Below are positions 41,221 to 51,426 of a DNA stretch of 64,000 nucleotides, piece by piece; positions within the stretch are counted from its first letter, which is position 1, and each line of letters opens with the position of its first letter. The stretch covers positions 53,114 to 117,113 of the IMG/VR virus record IMGVR_UViG_3300042914_003763; one strand, 5' to 3'. The notes below the pieces were generated by a model that worked only from the letters and a program-made list of their open reading frames with translations, was not told the DNA's origin and searched no databases. Both the position numbers and the translations under genes were made by a program. Origin of the DNA: a virus.

Positions 41221-41300
41221 AACGTACTCCAATTAAATAATCGTATTAGTTAGTTACTTGAGGAATCACTAGTAACATAGTTAAGTTAACTTACGATCCA

Positions 41301-41891
41301 TTATCGTAGATAACCTATCATACCGTTATCGTATTTAGCGATACCTAACATAACCCACAAGTTGATAGTCTGATTATCAATCATATGTTTCAGTGCTTCA
41401 GGTTTAATATTATGAGTTTTACATTGCTTGTATTTTAATAATGCTTGTTCTGTTTCAGCACTTATTGTAATATCCAACCATTTACTTATTGCAACAAGTA
41501 AAAGTAACTTATCTGTATCTTTGTTTAACCATACACAACCAGGGGCTTGGCCATTGTAATGACCGTAAGTTAAATCTCTAGTAAGGTAGTTACTGATATA
41601 TCTATCGTAACCACATTTAGATGACTTAACTTGAAAACCTATGTAATGATCTCCCTTCTTAACTGCAACATCTATTTTTAAATAACAATCTAACTTACTA
41701 CCTGATTCAGTAACCATTACTTTATCTACATCAAGTAGTTGTAATAAGTTACATATGGTAGTTATTGTTTCTTGCTCTTTAATCACATTCTCAACTTCAA
41801 CAATCCAATTATGTTCAATCTTATCAAGGTATTTGGTTATTTGTTTCTTTGATAGTGTTAATGGTTTTGTTGTTGTAATACCGTATGTCAT
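41301..41891 (-). CDS. PD-(D/E)XK-fold nuclease-like protein
   Basis: KIDVAV...IGFQVKS. Confidence 0.55.
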   Translation of the reverse strand: MTYGITTTKPLTLSKKQITKYLDKIEHNWIVEVENVIKEQETITTICNLLQLLDVDKVMVTESGSKLDCYLKIDVAVKKGDHYIGFQVKSSKCGYDRYISNYLTRDLTYGHYNGQAPGCVWLNKDTDKLLLLVAISKWLDITISAETEQALLKYKQCKTHNIKPEALKHMIDNQTINLWVMLGIAKYDNGMIGYLR

Positions 41892-41927
41892 GATATGTCT
41901 CCAATGTTAATGAAAAGAATGAGATAG

Positions 41928-41966
41928 AAAAAAGGAAAGCTTACTAGCATTAGTTGCTAGTAAGCT
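41928..41966 (-). terminator. Intrinsic terminator ending in the RGRTAGAAAAA motif
   Basis: AGCTTACTAGCA/TGCTAGTAAGCT 12-bp stem. Confidence 0.7.
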
Positions 41967-42008
41967 AAATGTGTTATTAGAGTGAGGTACGATTAATGAT
42001 TAAATCAT

Positions 42009-42623
42009 TTAATTGCTGTATGCAGCTACCTCTACTTGTTGTGGGTTGTTAATGTAATTGATTATCTCAGTTTCATTCATTAGATATTCTTGATTGTAAA
42101 CTACCCATCTGTTACCAAGATGTTTCCTAAGAACTACATAATCTTCATTATTATAGCTAAACCTAACACCTTCTCGAACTGAAGTTAGAAAAACAGTAAC
42201 GGTATCTGGTAATGGTGCAATTATTTTTTCTACCTCACTTATAGTTAAACCACCATAACCAATACCGGGATAAGGTAATGCAACAGTCTTAGTTGGATTA
42301 GCATTACACCAACTAACTAACATTTCCACTGATTGCTTAATTAAAGTTGGATCAGAAGCATATTTGTAACTGTTTTTTGTTTGAAATGCTCCAACTAATT
42401 GACCTTCATAATCAACTACAATTAACCCGTATCTAAAATGCTTATTTCGTTGTTTATCAATTAACCCACCAAACTGTTGTTCGATACCAGGATATCGCAA
42501 CTTAACTGACTTAGCACTACCAGCACCCATAATAAGTGCATTACGATTGTTAAGTTCTGAATTAGTAGTCGCTAAATAAAGATCGAACTTAGTATCGAAC
42601 ATATCACCAATTCTTAATTGCAT
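42009..42623 (-). CDS. Macro-domain (ADP-ribose) protein
   Basis: GDMF, ATTN, MGAGSA, FQTK, LPYPGIGYGGL. Confidence 0.8.
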   Translation of the reverse strand: MQLRIGDMFDTKFDLYLATTNSELNNRNALIMGAGSAKSVKLRYPGIEQQFGGLIDKQRNKHFRYGLIVVDYEGQLVGAFQTKNSYKYASDPTLIKQSVEMLVSWCNANPTKTVALPYPGIGYGGLTISEVEKIIAPLPDTVTVFLTSVREGVRFSYNNEDYVVLRKHLGNRWVVYNQEYLMNETEIINYINNPQQVEVAAYSN

Positions 42624-42914
42624 TATTTAATTCTCCCGGTAAGTACATTATTACAATTTGGACAACAATACATCTCTATCTTTTTCCAATAGATAGTAAC
42701 GATGTTATAACCAAACCAATTACAATTACGACATCTATACAAAGACATAATTAATCTCCAAATACGGTAGAAAAAAGTAAGCGGCGAATTAGAGAAGTAG
42801 TTGTTCAACTTGCGCCGCTAATTGAGTTAATCCCAATTAATTCAATCAACTAACTAACTATCTTTATATTGGACATCTTTAAGTTTAATAAAATCTACTA
42901 GTTTCATAATTTCC

Positions 42915-43154
42915 TTATTGATGTTCTGAATAAATTTCTTTAACTAGATTAATCAGTTCAGGATCAAGTAAATTAACACCTTGTTTATTTACTCCAAATA
43001 AAAATTCACTTATCTCATCATCTAAGCTCTTATAACAAAATACAGTACAAGAAACTTTGTTATAAACAAAATACAACTCACTATCATGAAACTTATGTAA
43101 TTGAACTCTATTATCTTTACAAAATTCTTCCGCTGTTATAATCTCATAATTCAT
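42915..43154 (-). CDS. Hypothetical protein
   Basis: 79 aa ORF, GGAGG RBS. Confidence 0.5.
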   Translation of the reverse strand: MNYEIITAEEFCKDNRVQLHKFHDSELYFVYNKVSCTVFCYKSLDDEISEFLFGVNKQGVNLLDPELINLVKEIYSEHQ

Positions 43155-43395
43155 AATACCTCCAACATTAACTTACCATTACGAACAACAATTCTTTCAC
43201 TGCTCGATAATACAACACTTCCTTGTTGCATTATCTCATTAACTGATAAATTAATATGGTACTTATCTAACAAGTCCCATACATCCATTACATCTAACTC
43301 TTTAATAGTTGCTAATAAAGTAGCCATAACTTTTATCTCCAAAATAATTATGATAATGAAATAAGGTACTTGTTGTATTAGCAAGTACCCTTAAC

Positions 43396-43869
43396 TTATG
43401 CTGCTATTAATTGATCTTCATACTGCATTATTACAGCATTAAGAAAACTCATGTAACTTTCATATTCATTACTAACATCATAAGAGTTGTTTATTTCTAC
43501 CAATTGATCATAAGAGAAGGTAGAAAATAAAGATGATAAGTCTCTGTTAAGTAGTGAAAACGATATCTTGTTATCAATGTAATCATCGAATATAATCTGC
43601 CAGTTACATTGAACATAACTAGGTTTCTCTAACCATAACTCATGTTGTAATTGCGGCGGATTAACTTCATTAATTACAAGTAATAACTGACCTATGTTGT
43701 CACAACTATTCCAATTCCATGAATAAAGATATGGATATTGTTGTAGTAAGTCGCGTACTTTAGTTAATACGGTAATTGCTTTGTGTGAGTACATAATCAC
43801 CTCAACTAAATGGTAACAATTCAGGATGATAGAACTCATCAGCCTTACACCATTCACGAACAAAGTCAT
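43396..43869 (-). CDS. Hypothetical protein
   Basis: ORF; probable start MYSHK. Confidence 0.45.
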   Translation of the reverse strand: MTLFVNGVRLMSSIILNCYHLVEVIMYSHKAITVLTKVRDLLQQYPYLYSWNWNSCDNIGQLLLVINEVNPPQLQHELWLEKPSYVQCNWQIIFDDYIDNKISFSLLNRDLSSLFSTFSYDQLVEINNSYDVSNEYESYMSFLNAVIMQYEDQLIAA

Positions 43870-44212
43870 CTAAATCAGCTTCATAATCTTCAAGATCGTG
43901 CGTACTGAAGTCATCAAGTAAACAGCAACGTAAGCTATCAATGTAATTACAGTGATAATAACCACCTTCACTAAATAAGTTAGCTTCTTGAAGATCGTCA
44001 TACATCTTTTCACGTAATAATTCATCTTCAGGTTGTTTCTCACAATATGATGCGACATATTCCAAGCAGTAACTAGGAGTAATTTCACAACAATGTGTTA
44101 TTTGGTTGATATTGAAATAGTAGATATCAAATATGCGTCCATATTCATCTACCATCTGTTGAGAGTAATTAGTTGTTGCATCAATAGCAACAACGTATAT
44201 TTCTGGTCTCAT
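43802..44212 (-). CDS. Acidic Cys-containing hypothetical protein
   Basis: THCCEITPSY; D/E-rich. Confidence 0.55.
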   Translation of the reverse strand: MRPEIYVVAIDATTNYSQQMVDEYGRIFDIYYFNINQITHCCEITPSYCLEYVASYCEKQPEDELLREKMYDDLQEANLFSEGGYYHCNYIDSLRCCLLDDFSTHDLEDYEADLDDFVREWCKADEFYHPELLPFS

Positions 44213-44601
44213 ATTTTTTCTAACTTCACTCTAACTAAACCTTGTTTTAATGGTGCAATATTTTTGAATGAACCTTTTGACAAATCAATAATACGTCCTA
44301 ATTTATTGAAGTTACCCGTATCTTGTACTAAACAAATAGTTGATTTTCCATTAGTCACATTAGTAACTTTCAACTTAGTACCAAACTTGTAACTGTTATG
44401 GGCGCAAGTGTTACCCCATTCATTAAACGTAATACCACTAGCAGTCTTACGACCATGAAAATAACCACCATACCAACTAGCAATACCGTAACTAGGTTTA
44501 GTTGCAATTACTACTGGCTCGATACGTCCACTACCACGTTCGCTAATGTTAGTAGGAATCTCTTGAGTTAATAATGCTGTAGCAATAAGTAATTCAATCA
44601 C
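44209..44601 (-). CDS. rlpA: RlpA-like double-psi beta-barrel lytic transglycosylase
   Basis: GIASWYG..FHGRKTASG, CAH, FGTKLKVTN, RIIDLS. Confidence 0.88.
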   Translation of the reverse strand: MIELLIATALLTQEIPTNISERGSGRIEPVVIATKPSYGIASWYGGYFHGRKTASGITFNEWGNTCAHNSYKFGTKLKVTNVTNGKSTICLVQDTGNFNKLGRIIDLSKGSFKNIAPLKQGLVRVKLEKI

Positions 44602-44692
44602 AACTTGTAATTAGATAAGTTTACACAACAAAAGAGTTAGATCAGTTGTTAACTAATCTAACTCATGTTTGTTATTTGATGTAATAGTTACG

Positions 44693-45052
44693 TTAAACTA
44701 CTAATTTATATTCAGTAGGAGATACAATACCACTACTATCACCATCTACCTCAATAACCAATTCACCAATGCTTGTGATATGAGTAATCGTCCAAATAAT
44801 AGAGCCTTCAAAAGGAACAATACGCCGCACTTTATCACCAACTTTAAATTCACTCACTATTTTTTCTACCTTAGTTTGTTCGTTAATTTTTAACCATTCA
44901 TTGATCTCATCTTTATCTATTTTAGGTAGTTGATGTCGTATTCGTAATCCTAATATATCTCTAGCTTGTTTATATGTTAAATCACCATGAAGATCGAGCA
45001 TTGATGTTAAATGCTTATCAATCGCAACTTTTAATTTCGATATCATAAACAA
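44693..45052 (-). CDS. Hypothetical protein with SH3-like C-terminus
   Basis: FKVGDKVR. Confidence 0.5.
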   Translation of the reverse strand: MFMISKLKVAIDKHLTSMLDLHGDLTYKQARDILGLRIRHQLPKIDKDEINEWLKINEQTKVEKIVSEFKVGDKVRRIVPFEGSIIWTITHITSIGELVIEVDGDSSGIVSPTEYKLVV

Positions 45053-45148
45053 CTCCTATTATTTTTTTCTATGTGTTGTATAAATTCTATGATTAAATGA
45101 CATAATATGGGATGATATGTGTCACCCCATATTATGTTATTGTTTATG

Positions 45149-45301
45149 TTACAAGTTTGATTCAATGTACTGGACGATTAATTTCCGTCCAACTTCAGAT
45201 TCAGACTTGTCTTGTTCATCCGTTATTTTTTTGAACATGGATGCCTCTTTTTGATTAAGATATACGACTAACTTAACCTGGTCTTTATTGGTTGACTTCA
45301 T
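45149..45301 (-). CDS. Ribbon-helix-helix (CopG/Arc-like) regulator, absent from the ORF track
   Basis: Manual translation MKSTNKDQVKLVVYLNQKEASMFKKITDEQDKSESEVGRKLIVQYIESNL* (50 aa). Confidence 0.65.
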   Translation of the reverse strand: MKSTNKDQVKLVVYLNQKEASMFKKITDEQDKSESEVGRKLIVQYIESNL

Positions 45302-45543
45302 AAAGTTATGTTTCGATAATTAGCAGATGTAGTTGGTAGCTACATCTGCTTTATTTTGGCATAACATTATACAAATATAGCATCCTAGCTATATGAATAT
45401 TACTAAGTATATTAGGCTTACTTAGTAATATATACATTATGAGAGTTGACAAACTCTCCTAATTATGTTTTGGTTCTTCTTGTGGTGGAGGATTAGTTGG
45501 TGACTCTTCACCTTCTTTTCGTTCATCAGGATCGGTAGTTAGA

Positions 45544-45744
45544 TTAAACATAATTTTGCTCCAGATAGTTAGCCAGTAAATAAGAGGTAGAGAAAGTAAG
45601 CGTGTGAGGTTTTCTATCTATATAACAACACCAATTCGATCTTAACTTAATATCAATCGTTAAACCATCAAGATCCGCGTATATTGATTGACTAGGATTG
45701 TCGGATCGTAAGTTATCAATAATCCGTTGTAGTGAAGTTGTCAT
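45544..45744 (-). CDS. Hypothetical protein
   Basis: 66 aa, GAGG RBS. Confidence 0.5.
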   Translation of the reverse strand: MTTSLQRIIDNLRSDNPSQSIYADLDGLTIDIKLRSNWCCYIDRKPHTLTFSTSYLLANYLEQNYV

Positions 45745-46252
45745 AAGTCACCTCTATTTAATAACAACCAACAGATAAGAAGATATGTAGTTAACCGGGA
45801 GAAGTACGTTGTTATGCAAGGAATGTACTTCTTATCTGTAAGTAATCATCAAACTAATTACTATCTTTATTGAAGATAAGAAGTTTCATGTTGTCATTAA
45901 TTTCATTATCTCCCATTACCAATGAACAAGTAATATCAGATAGAAAAATATTGTTATCGTTGTCGTTGACTTGATCTTCGTTGTTGATGATAAACATGAT
46001 TAGATGTCCTTTTGTGATAACTATAAAATGAAATGAGTTATTAAACTCAAAGGTGACACTAACTAAATGCTAATGTCACCGACTGAGGATATTAACTAAT
46101 TAATGACTACCCTTTTCTATCTCTTCTTCAGTGGCAGGTCGAATGATAATGATATCATCCATATCAACCTCTTCTTCAAGATCAATACCTTGAAGCTTAC
46201 GAATAATCTTTTGTAGTTTAGTTTCTTCCATGATGCACTTTCCTTTTCCTAT

Positions 46253-46777
46253 TTAACTAATTTGCCACTTACCATTAGGATATTGTAACGCCCAATTTAG
46301 CAGAATATTCAAAGCATAACCAGCGTTACCAGGTGTAGGTTTCCAGTAGCCACCTGTGTCATGTAAAACGCCGACACATTTACCTAGTTCCTTCTCCGAA
46401 AGAGATAACTTTTCAACATCGGAAAGAGAGGGGAAATTAGGTAAATTTTCGGAGATAAACGCCTTTTGACGTTCAGATATTTTTTTACCGAATAATTCTC
46501 CGAATCTTATGTCGGCTTTAATTACATAATATTCACCCGTATATCTCTCAACACCTAATTCTCTTACTCCACCATATAATACATCAACTGTTTCTCTAGC
46601 TAATTTACCATCTAACCAATATAAACCATGTTCCTTATCTAATGTTTCATAATAAAACTTACTGTAATTGTAAGTAATATTAAGAGTGGCTTGATTAGTA
46701 CCACCTTCACTATGAGAATAAGGTAGAAAAATAGGTGTACCAGTTTCTTCATCAACTAACTCAACATCAAAACTCAT
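46253..46777 (-). CDS. Conserved hypothetical phage protein
   Basis: LNITYNYS, YWKPTPGNA. Confidence 0.6.
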   Translation of the reverse strand: MSFDVELVDEETGTPIFLPYSHSEGGTNQATLNITYNYSKFYYETLDKEHGLYWLDGKLARETVDVLYGGVRELGVERYTGEYYVIKADIRFGELFGKKISERQKAFISENLPNFPSLSDVEKLSLSEKELGKCVGVLHDTGGYWKPTPGNAGYALNILLNWALQYPNGKWQIS

Positions 46778-47024
46778 TTGTTTGTTCCTTATCTAACATA
46801 GCGGTTAATAATGAGGCAGAAAGTTTATTTAATTGTTGTGCTTCTTCCCACAACTTTTCACGATCACCTTCCCTAATAGTATCAACTGCTTCAACTATTC
46901 CTCTACTTAACCATCTCAATTCACCACCTACTTTCTCATTACCTGTTTTATAAAATGCTTGAGATAATGAATCAAGACTACCTGCTATTTGCGTTAAACT
47001 ATCGAGTGCTTCTTTATTATTCAT
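46767..47024 (-). CDS. Small helical protein, paralogue of 47017..47301
   Basis: AFYKTGNEKVGGEL vs GFKLTGNDKLCDEL. Confidence 0.55.
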   Translation of the reverse strand: MNNKEALDSLTQIAGSLDSLSQAFYKTGNEKVGGELRWLSRGIVEAVDTIREGDREKLWEEAQQLNKLSASLLTAMLDKEQTNEF

Positions 47025-47301
47025 TGCTCTGTTCTAATCCTAATTTAATACCAGTTAATGTTGCATTTAACATTATCTTATTTGATTGTTCAATGTCCCT
47101 CATTCTTTCAACTAATATTTCATTAGGAATTGAATATAATACGTCACAACTATGAGATAAGTCACTGACAACACAAATTAACTCATCACATAATTTGTCA
47201 TTACCTGTTAACTTAAATCCTTCCGACAAACGACGTAAGTAATCTGCTATTGAACTAATATCAGTTATTACGTCATTAATCTTATTATTCCAATCACTCA
47301 T
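47017..47301 (-). CDS. Small helical protein, paralogue of 46767..47024
   Basis: Shares the F..TGN.K...EL motif with its neighbour. Confidence 0.55.
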   Translation of the reverse strand: MSDWNNKINDVITDISSIADYLRRLSEGFKLTGNDKLCDELICVVSDLSHSCDVLYSIPNEILVERMRDIEQSNKIMLNATLTGIKLGLEQSNE

Positions 47302-47701
47302 TTTCTACCTCTTCATTATTTAAACTAACTACCCAAGTATGATATGGCGAGATCAGAGCATAATGTCCACCATTAGTACATTCCGAGAATGTACTAGCAA
47401 ATTCCCAAACTATTTCTGATAATTCAGGAAGACATAAATTATCTAACTTCTCACTATTACGAATACGTTCTGCTATTTGAATATCGTAATAATCATCTTT
47501 ATTAAAGTCATAATCAGGTACATCTTCACCTAACAGATTACATAAACTTGTTTCGTTAGTAACACATTGTTGATACGTCCATATCTCAACAACACATTCT
47601 TTTAATGTTTCGATATCTAAGTTAAAAATGTTATTTCTAACATTTTCGTAAGCTTCCGTTGTATGTGACCATTCCCATGTCATATTATTCACATCCTGCA
47701 A
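47294..47701 (-). CDS. Acidic hypothetical phage protein
   Basis: WEWSHTTEAY, CTNGG. Confidence 0.55.
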   Translation of the reverse strand: MQDVNNMTWEWSHTTEAYENVRNNIFNLDIETLKECVVEIWTYQQCVTNETSLCNLLGEDVPDYDFNKDDYYDIQIAERIRNSEKLDNLCLPELSEIVWEFASTFSECTNGGHYALISPYHTWVVSLNNEEVENE

Positions 47702-47850
47702 TAGTAGAGTTAATACCTAAATACAAGTTACTACCACAATAAGAATATGTTTCATTATTCTTACTAGCAATAACATCAAATCCGTTAGTAGAGGTAGAAA
47801 TAATAACTTCTATTCCTTTACCATAAGCGTTTATTAATCTAGTTTCTAAA

Positions 47851-48144
47851 TCAAACATAATCAATCACACATTCCTTATACTTGTTATATATTGATATTA
47901 ATTCTTCGTACAAATAAGTATCATAAGGTAAGTCAGTTATTACCTCTAATTCGTAATCATTGTTATTACGATAATAGTGAACATACAATACAACTCTATT
48001 ATCCAAATACATTAACTTCAATAACGTTGTATATCTGACATTAGTTATTGCACTAACGTAATTAGCTAACACAGTTACTACTTCACTAGATGTTGTGAAG
48101 TTAGGTGTTACTAGTTGTTTGTTGTTAACTGATATTAATGTCAT
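47851..48144 (-). CDS. Hypothetical protein
   Basis: 97 aa, GGAG RBS. Confidence 0.5.
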   Translation of the reverse strand: MTLISVNNKQLVTPNFTTSSEVVTVLANYVSAITNVRYTTLLKLMYLDNRVVLYVHYYRNNNDYELEVITDLPYDTYLYEELISIYNKYKECVIDYV

Positions 48145-48355
48145 GATTAAGATACTCCAATAACGTTATATCTGTAACTGAAACTAACTTAATAAGCGTC
48201 AACTTACTTATGTTAGTTTTCCACTCATTATTGCAACAAGTAAATGCTGCAATACTCATATCTTCAAAACAAAACTCTAACAAGTAACGATAACGATCAG
48301 TTACAAAGTTAGAGTTATTAAGCTTACAATTTACCTAATCATGATGATTGACTCA

Positions 48356-48757
48356 TCATTCCAAACAATGTTTAATTAGCTGGATTGGTGCTTCAAAACT
48401 AAACTGCCCACATCTACTCTTAACACTCCATTTATCAGAATCATTTAAACTCCATTCATCAACTATCCATTCTTGTAGTCCATATTGAGGATGGAAATAC
48501 TTGAATTTCAATCCTACATAAATATTGTTGTTGCTTAACCAAGTAACATCCAAAATATCTATTGAAAACGAGCAAGCGTAATAGTGAGAATAAGTAATGC
48601 TAATATCAATAATGTCATTACTATTTAAAGTTTGATATGTCAAAGAAGGAAGATTACTAATTCTATTTTTCAATTGATTAAGAGCAGTTTCAATGTCATC
48701 ACTTGTAATAATAAACAAGCGATTACCATCATTAGTTTTCACAATAAACGTTTTCAT
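48356..48757 (-). CDS. Hypothetical protein
   Basis: 133 aa, GGAGG RBS. Confidence 0.55.
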   Translation of the reverse strand: MKTFIVKTNDGNRLFIITSDDIETALNQLKNRISNLPSLTYQTLNSNDIIDISITYSHYYACSFSIDILDVTWLSNNNIYVGLKFKYFHPQYGLQEWIVDEWSLNDSDKWSVKSRCGQFSFEAPIQLIKHCLE

Positions 48758-49129
48758 TTATGCCTCCAATTAATACAAAATCCGATGCACACACAGTACA
48801 CCGGATAAACTACTACATATCTAGAAGTATATCTAACAGACGATCTACTTCTCTTGATAACTCTGTATCTTCAGGATACCCGTAATGACAGATACTATCG
48901 TCATCATCCTCATCAGAGTAAATTAAATGAAATATACGGCTCATATCACCTTCCTGTTGTTGATCATCTTCTAACATAAACAACCATAATAATGAATATT
49001 ATAGTTAATATACTTCATCAATTTTGTTTAAGCAAGAATAACGTTATTAATTAAACAGCTAAACCATTAAGATCCGCCGATCTTGTATTATTAATTAATT
49101 AGCAAATGTAATATGAAGTGATTACTAAT

Positions 49130-49595
49130 TAATCAATAAATCCCACATAATGTTCAAGGAAATTAGATACACCTATCCTTAATACCCAACTCTCTCTCTC
49201 TTAGTATATAAGAGCGTTTTAACGTTGCGACTTGGTTGTTAACTCAGTGCAACTAATTAATTACCGTTAGCTACTGTTATAGCGTATCTTAACTATTGTT
49301 AAGCGGTGTTACGTGACTTGACGGGACATTACCAGGTAACTCTTGATGTCCGATCATTGTGCATCCATGAATGTAACTTCTTGCGATAAGTTATTCACAC
49401 AACCTATCTCGTTGCTTTCACAACGTTCATGGATGTAAAGCTACTAGTGAACTAAGTCATTTCATGTTCAGAGGTTTCTCTTTCAACATCTAGTGCCTTA
49501 CGGGAACGACAAACCACCTAAACCGTTACCCCGCATACCAGCCGATACCGTGAACTACGTAACGCAGTATCAGGTGATCTTTCAATATCAGCTAT
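49130..49595 (-). ncRNA. Candidate large structured ncRNA (ends approximate)
   Basis: ORF-free, GC-enriched; GNRA-capped hairpins and a 10-bp closing helix on the - strand; TATAAT box upstream. Confidence 0.55.
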
Positions 49596-49597
49596 TT

Positions 49598-49625
49598 AAT
49601 ATTATAAACATTTTTTTCTATCTGT
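49598..49625 (-). promoter_or_regulatory. Probable promoter of the candidate ncRNA
   Basis: - strand reads AGATAGAAAAAAATGTTTATAAT; the same ATGTTTATAAT occurs in the 14.2-kb promoter. Confidence 0.5.
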
Positions 49626-49708
49626 GTTGATTAAATTTAATGAGATAGAAAAAGTAGTAAGCCGCTACATGAACAACTTACTACTTGTTGGAAACACTTA
49701 GCTCGTAG

Positions 49709-50560
49709 TTACGATATCCAATTTAAGTTAGTAACCTTACAACCTGCGGAATTTTGATGTCCTCCCCCGCCTAATTGTTTAGCTAACACACTAACATCAA
49801 AGTTATGTGTTTTCTTATTAGACCTAAAGCTAATAAGATATTCATCTTTGTGTTTAACTATTGCAACTACGAATAACGTAGTAGGATTAGTATTGTAGAT
49901 GTAAGAACAAACATCGCTAACTAATCTACTATCTTCATAAGGTATTTCAACAACTAACACTTCGTAATCAATTACCTTACGCCACTCAGCAGTAGTAGCT
50001 ATTTCCTTAATACGATTACGCTTAGGTTGTAACAACTTAACACCTGTATGAACTAATAACTTAATTAGTTCATCTTGTGTTAATGGTTCTAGTACATCAT
50101 ACAAGGTGTATGACTTACGTAATGAACTAACACATTCGTGAATCTCTTCACTATAAGGTAGATCAAAGTTCCATAAGTCACGATCCTTAACATAGTTAAG
50201 GAACGCAGGTACTACTTCATTAGGAAAGAAATGTTTCCATGTTAAAGTTGCACCACACTCATTCATATCGAACTTAGCTAATATACGACCACTAAGATTA
50301 GATAAGTCATTCATTGCTGTCTCATGATGATCAATTACTATAACTTCACAACCATCATCAGCATATTTTTCTAACTGATTTGCAGGGAAAGAAAAGTCAA
50401 CTATCACTAACCTGGAGTTAGAAAAAGAGGGTGTGTCTCCATAACAACACCCTATTATTTCTGCATCTGGATAAACTTTAGCAGCTACCCATGATGCAGC
50501 AAATCCGTCAGGACAATCCGTAGTCGGATTAATCCTGTGATAAATAATTATAGTTTTCAT
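49709..50560 (-). CDS. DHH/DHHA1 phosphoesterase
   Basis: YH..DCPDG, IVDFS, IDHH, DRDLW, GGGGH..SAG. Confidence 0.9.
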   Translation of the reverse strand: MKTIIIYHRINPTTDCPDGFAASWVAAKVYPDAEIIGCCYGDTPSFSNSRLVIVDFSFPANQLEKYADDGCEVIVIDHHETAMNDLSNLSGRILAKFDMNECGATLTWKHFFPNEVVPAFLNYVKDRDLWNFDLPYSEEIHECVSSLRKSYTLYDVLEPLTQDELIKLLVHTGVKLLQPKRNRIKEIATTAEWRKVIDYEVLVVEIPYEDSRLVSDVCSYIYNTNPTTLFVVAIVKHKDEYLISFRSNKKTHNFDVSVLAKQLGGGGHQNSAGCKVTNLNWIS

Positions 50561-50875
50561 TTACTTTCTCACTAAAGTACAGGGTCGTCCTGTTGAGTGG
50601 AATGACGCTTTATACTCATCTAATTTTATATCCATACCTGCATCATACAAGGCATGAATAATCTGACTAATTGTTTGATGATTCTTACCTAAAGTGGAGG
50701 CTATTTCACGGTAAGTTAACATTTCATCTTGAATTAAACCTAATATCTCAATTACAGTTTTGATACTAGGCTTCAAGATTGGTAATAGCCATTCTTGTTC
50801 GCTATTAGTCAGTTCCATAAATTTAGTTATTTCAGGAGCTAACTCTTTAATCCTTTCTAAACTTTCGACGTTCAT
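50561..50875 (-). CDS. Helix-turn-helix DNA-binding protein
   Basis: LTYREIASTLGKNHQTISQIIHAL. Confidence 0.7.
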   Translation of the reverse strand: MNVESLERIKELAPEITKFMELTNSEQEWLLPILKPSIKTVIEILGLIQDEMLTYREIASTLGKNHQTISQIIHALYDAGMDIKLDEYKASFHSTGRPCTLVRK

Positions 50876-51114
50876 ACTGATACTGCTGCTATTAACTCAT
50901 CAATTGTTTCTATCTCACTATCGTTAGTGAAATAGTAAATATCTTCTATTAACTCAACATCAACACTAGATTTTAATTCCTGGTAAGTGAAGTTTACGTT
51001 CTTACTACCTTCAACACAGTACCAACTACCACCTTTCATCTTATCTTCATAAACTAATATGCTACATGGTGTATGAGAACTACCGTATGTACCGTTAATA
51101 ATATTTTCTCTCAT
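50872..51114 (-). CDS. Hypothetical protein
   Basis: GTYGS, WYCVEGS.NVN. Confidence 0.55.
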   Translation of the reverse strand: MRENIINGTYGSSHTPCSILVYEDKMKGGSWYCVEGSKNVNFTYQELKSSVDVELIEDIYYFTNDSEIETIDELIAAVSV

Positions 51115-51264
51115 TTAGTTCACCTACTTTCCAACCAGTAATCGGTTGAAATACGGACACTTAATCTTATCACAAAGATTAATGCTCATTTTCTATATCC
51201 AACAAAAAAATACACAGTAAATTACCCTTACTAACTGAATATATCAGTTTTCAGGGTAAATGAA

Positions 51265-51426
51265 TCAAGTTAGTACAAACATCTTATCAGGATGCACATA
51301 CACACCTGATGTTTCGTTTTTTAATTTTATATTAATTTTGTGTTTGGACACAAAGTTAACCTCTTCTATAGTTCTGTTGTTGATGCTATCACCAACTTTC
51401 AGTTTACTTGCCGGAACTGTTGTCAT
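51265..51426 (-). CDS. Small protein (53 aa), absent from the ORF track
   Basis: MTTVPASKLKVGD...; GAGG upstream. Confidence 0.5.
   Translation of the reverse strand: MTTVPASKLKVGDSINNRTIEEVNFVSKHKINIKLKNETSGVYVHPDKMFVLT

Noticed and set aside
45460-45552. CUGAUGA..GAAA on the - strand resembling a second hammerhead core
   Set aside because: No stem II or matching stems I/III; better explained as a 30-codon ORF (MFNLTTDPDERKEGEE...)
49190-49201. (CT)n microsatellite
   Set aside because: Only about six units; not meaningful by itself
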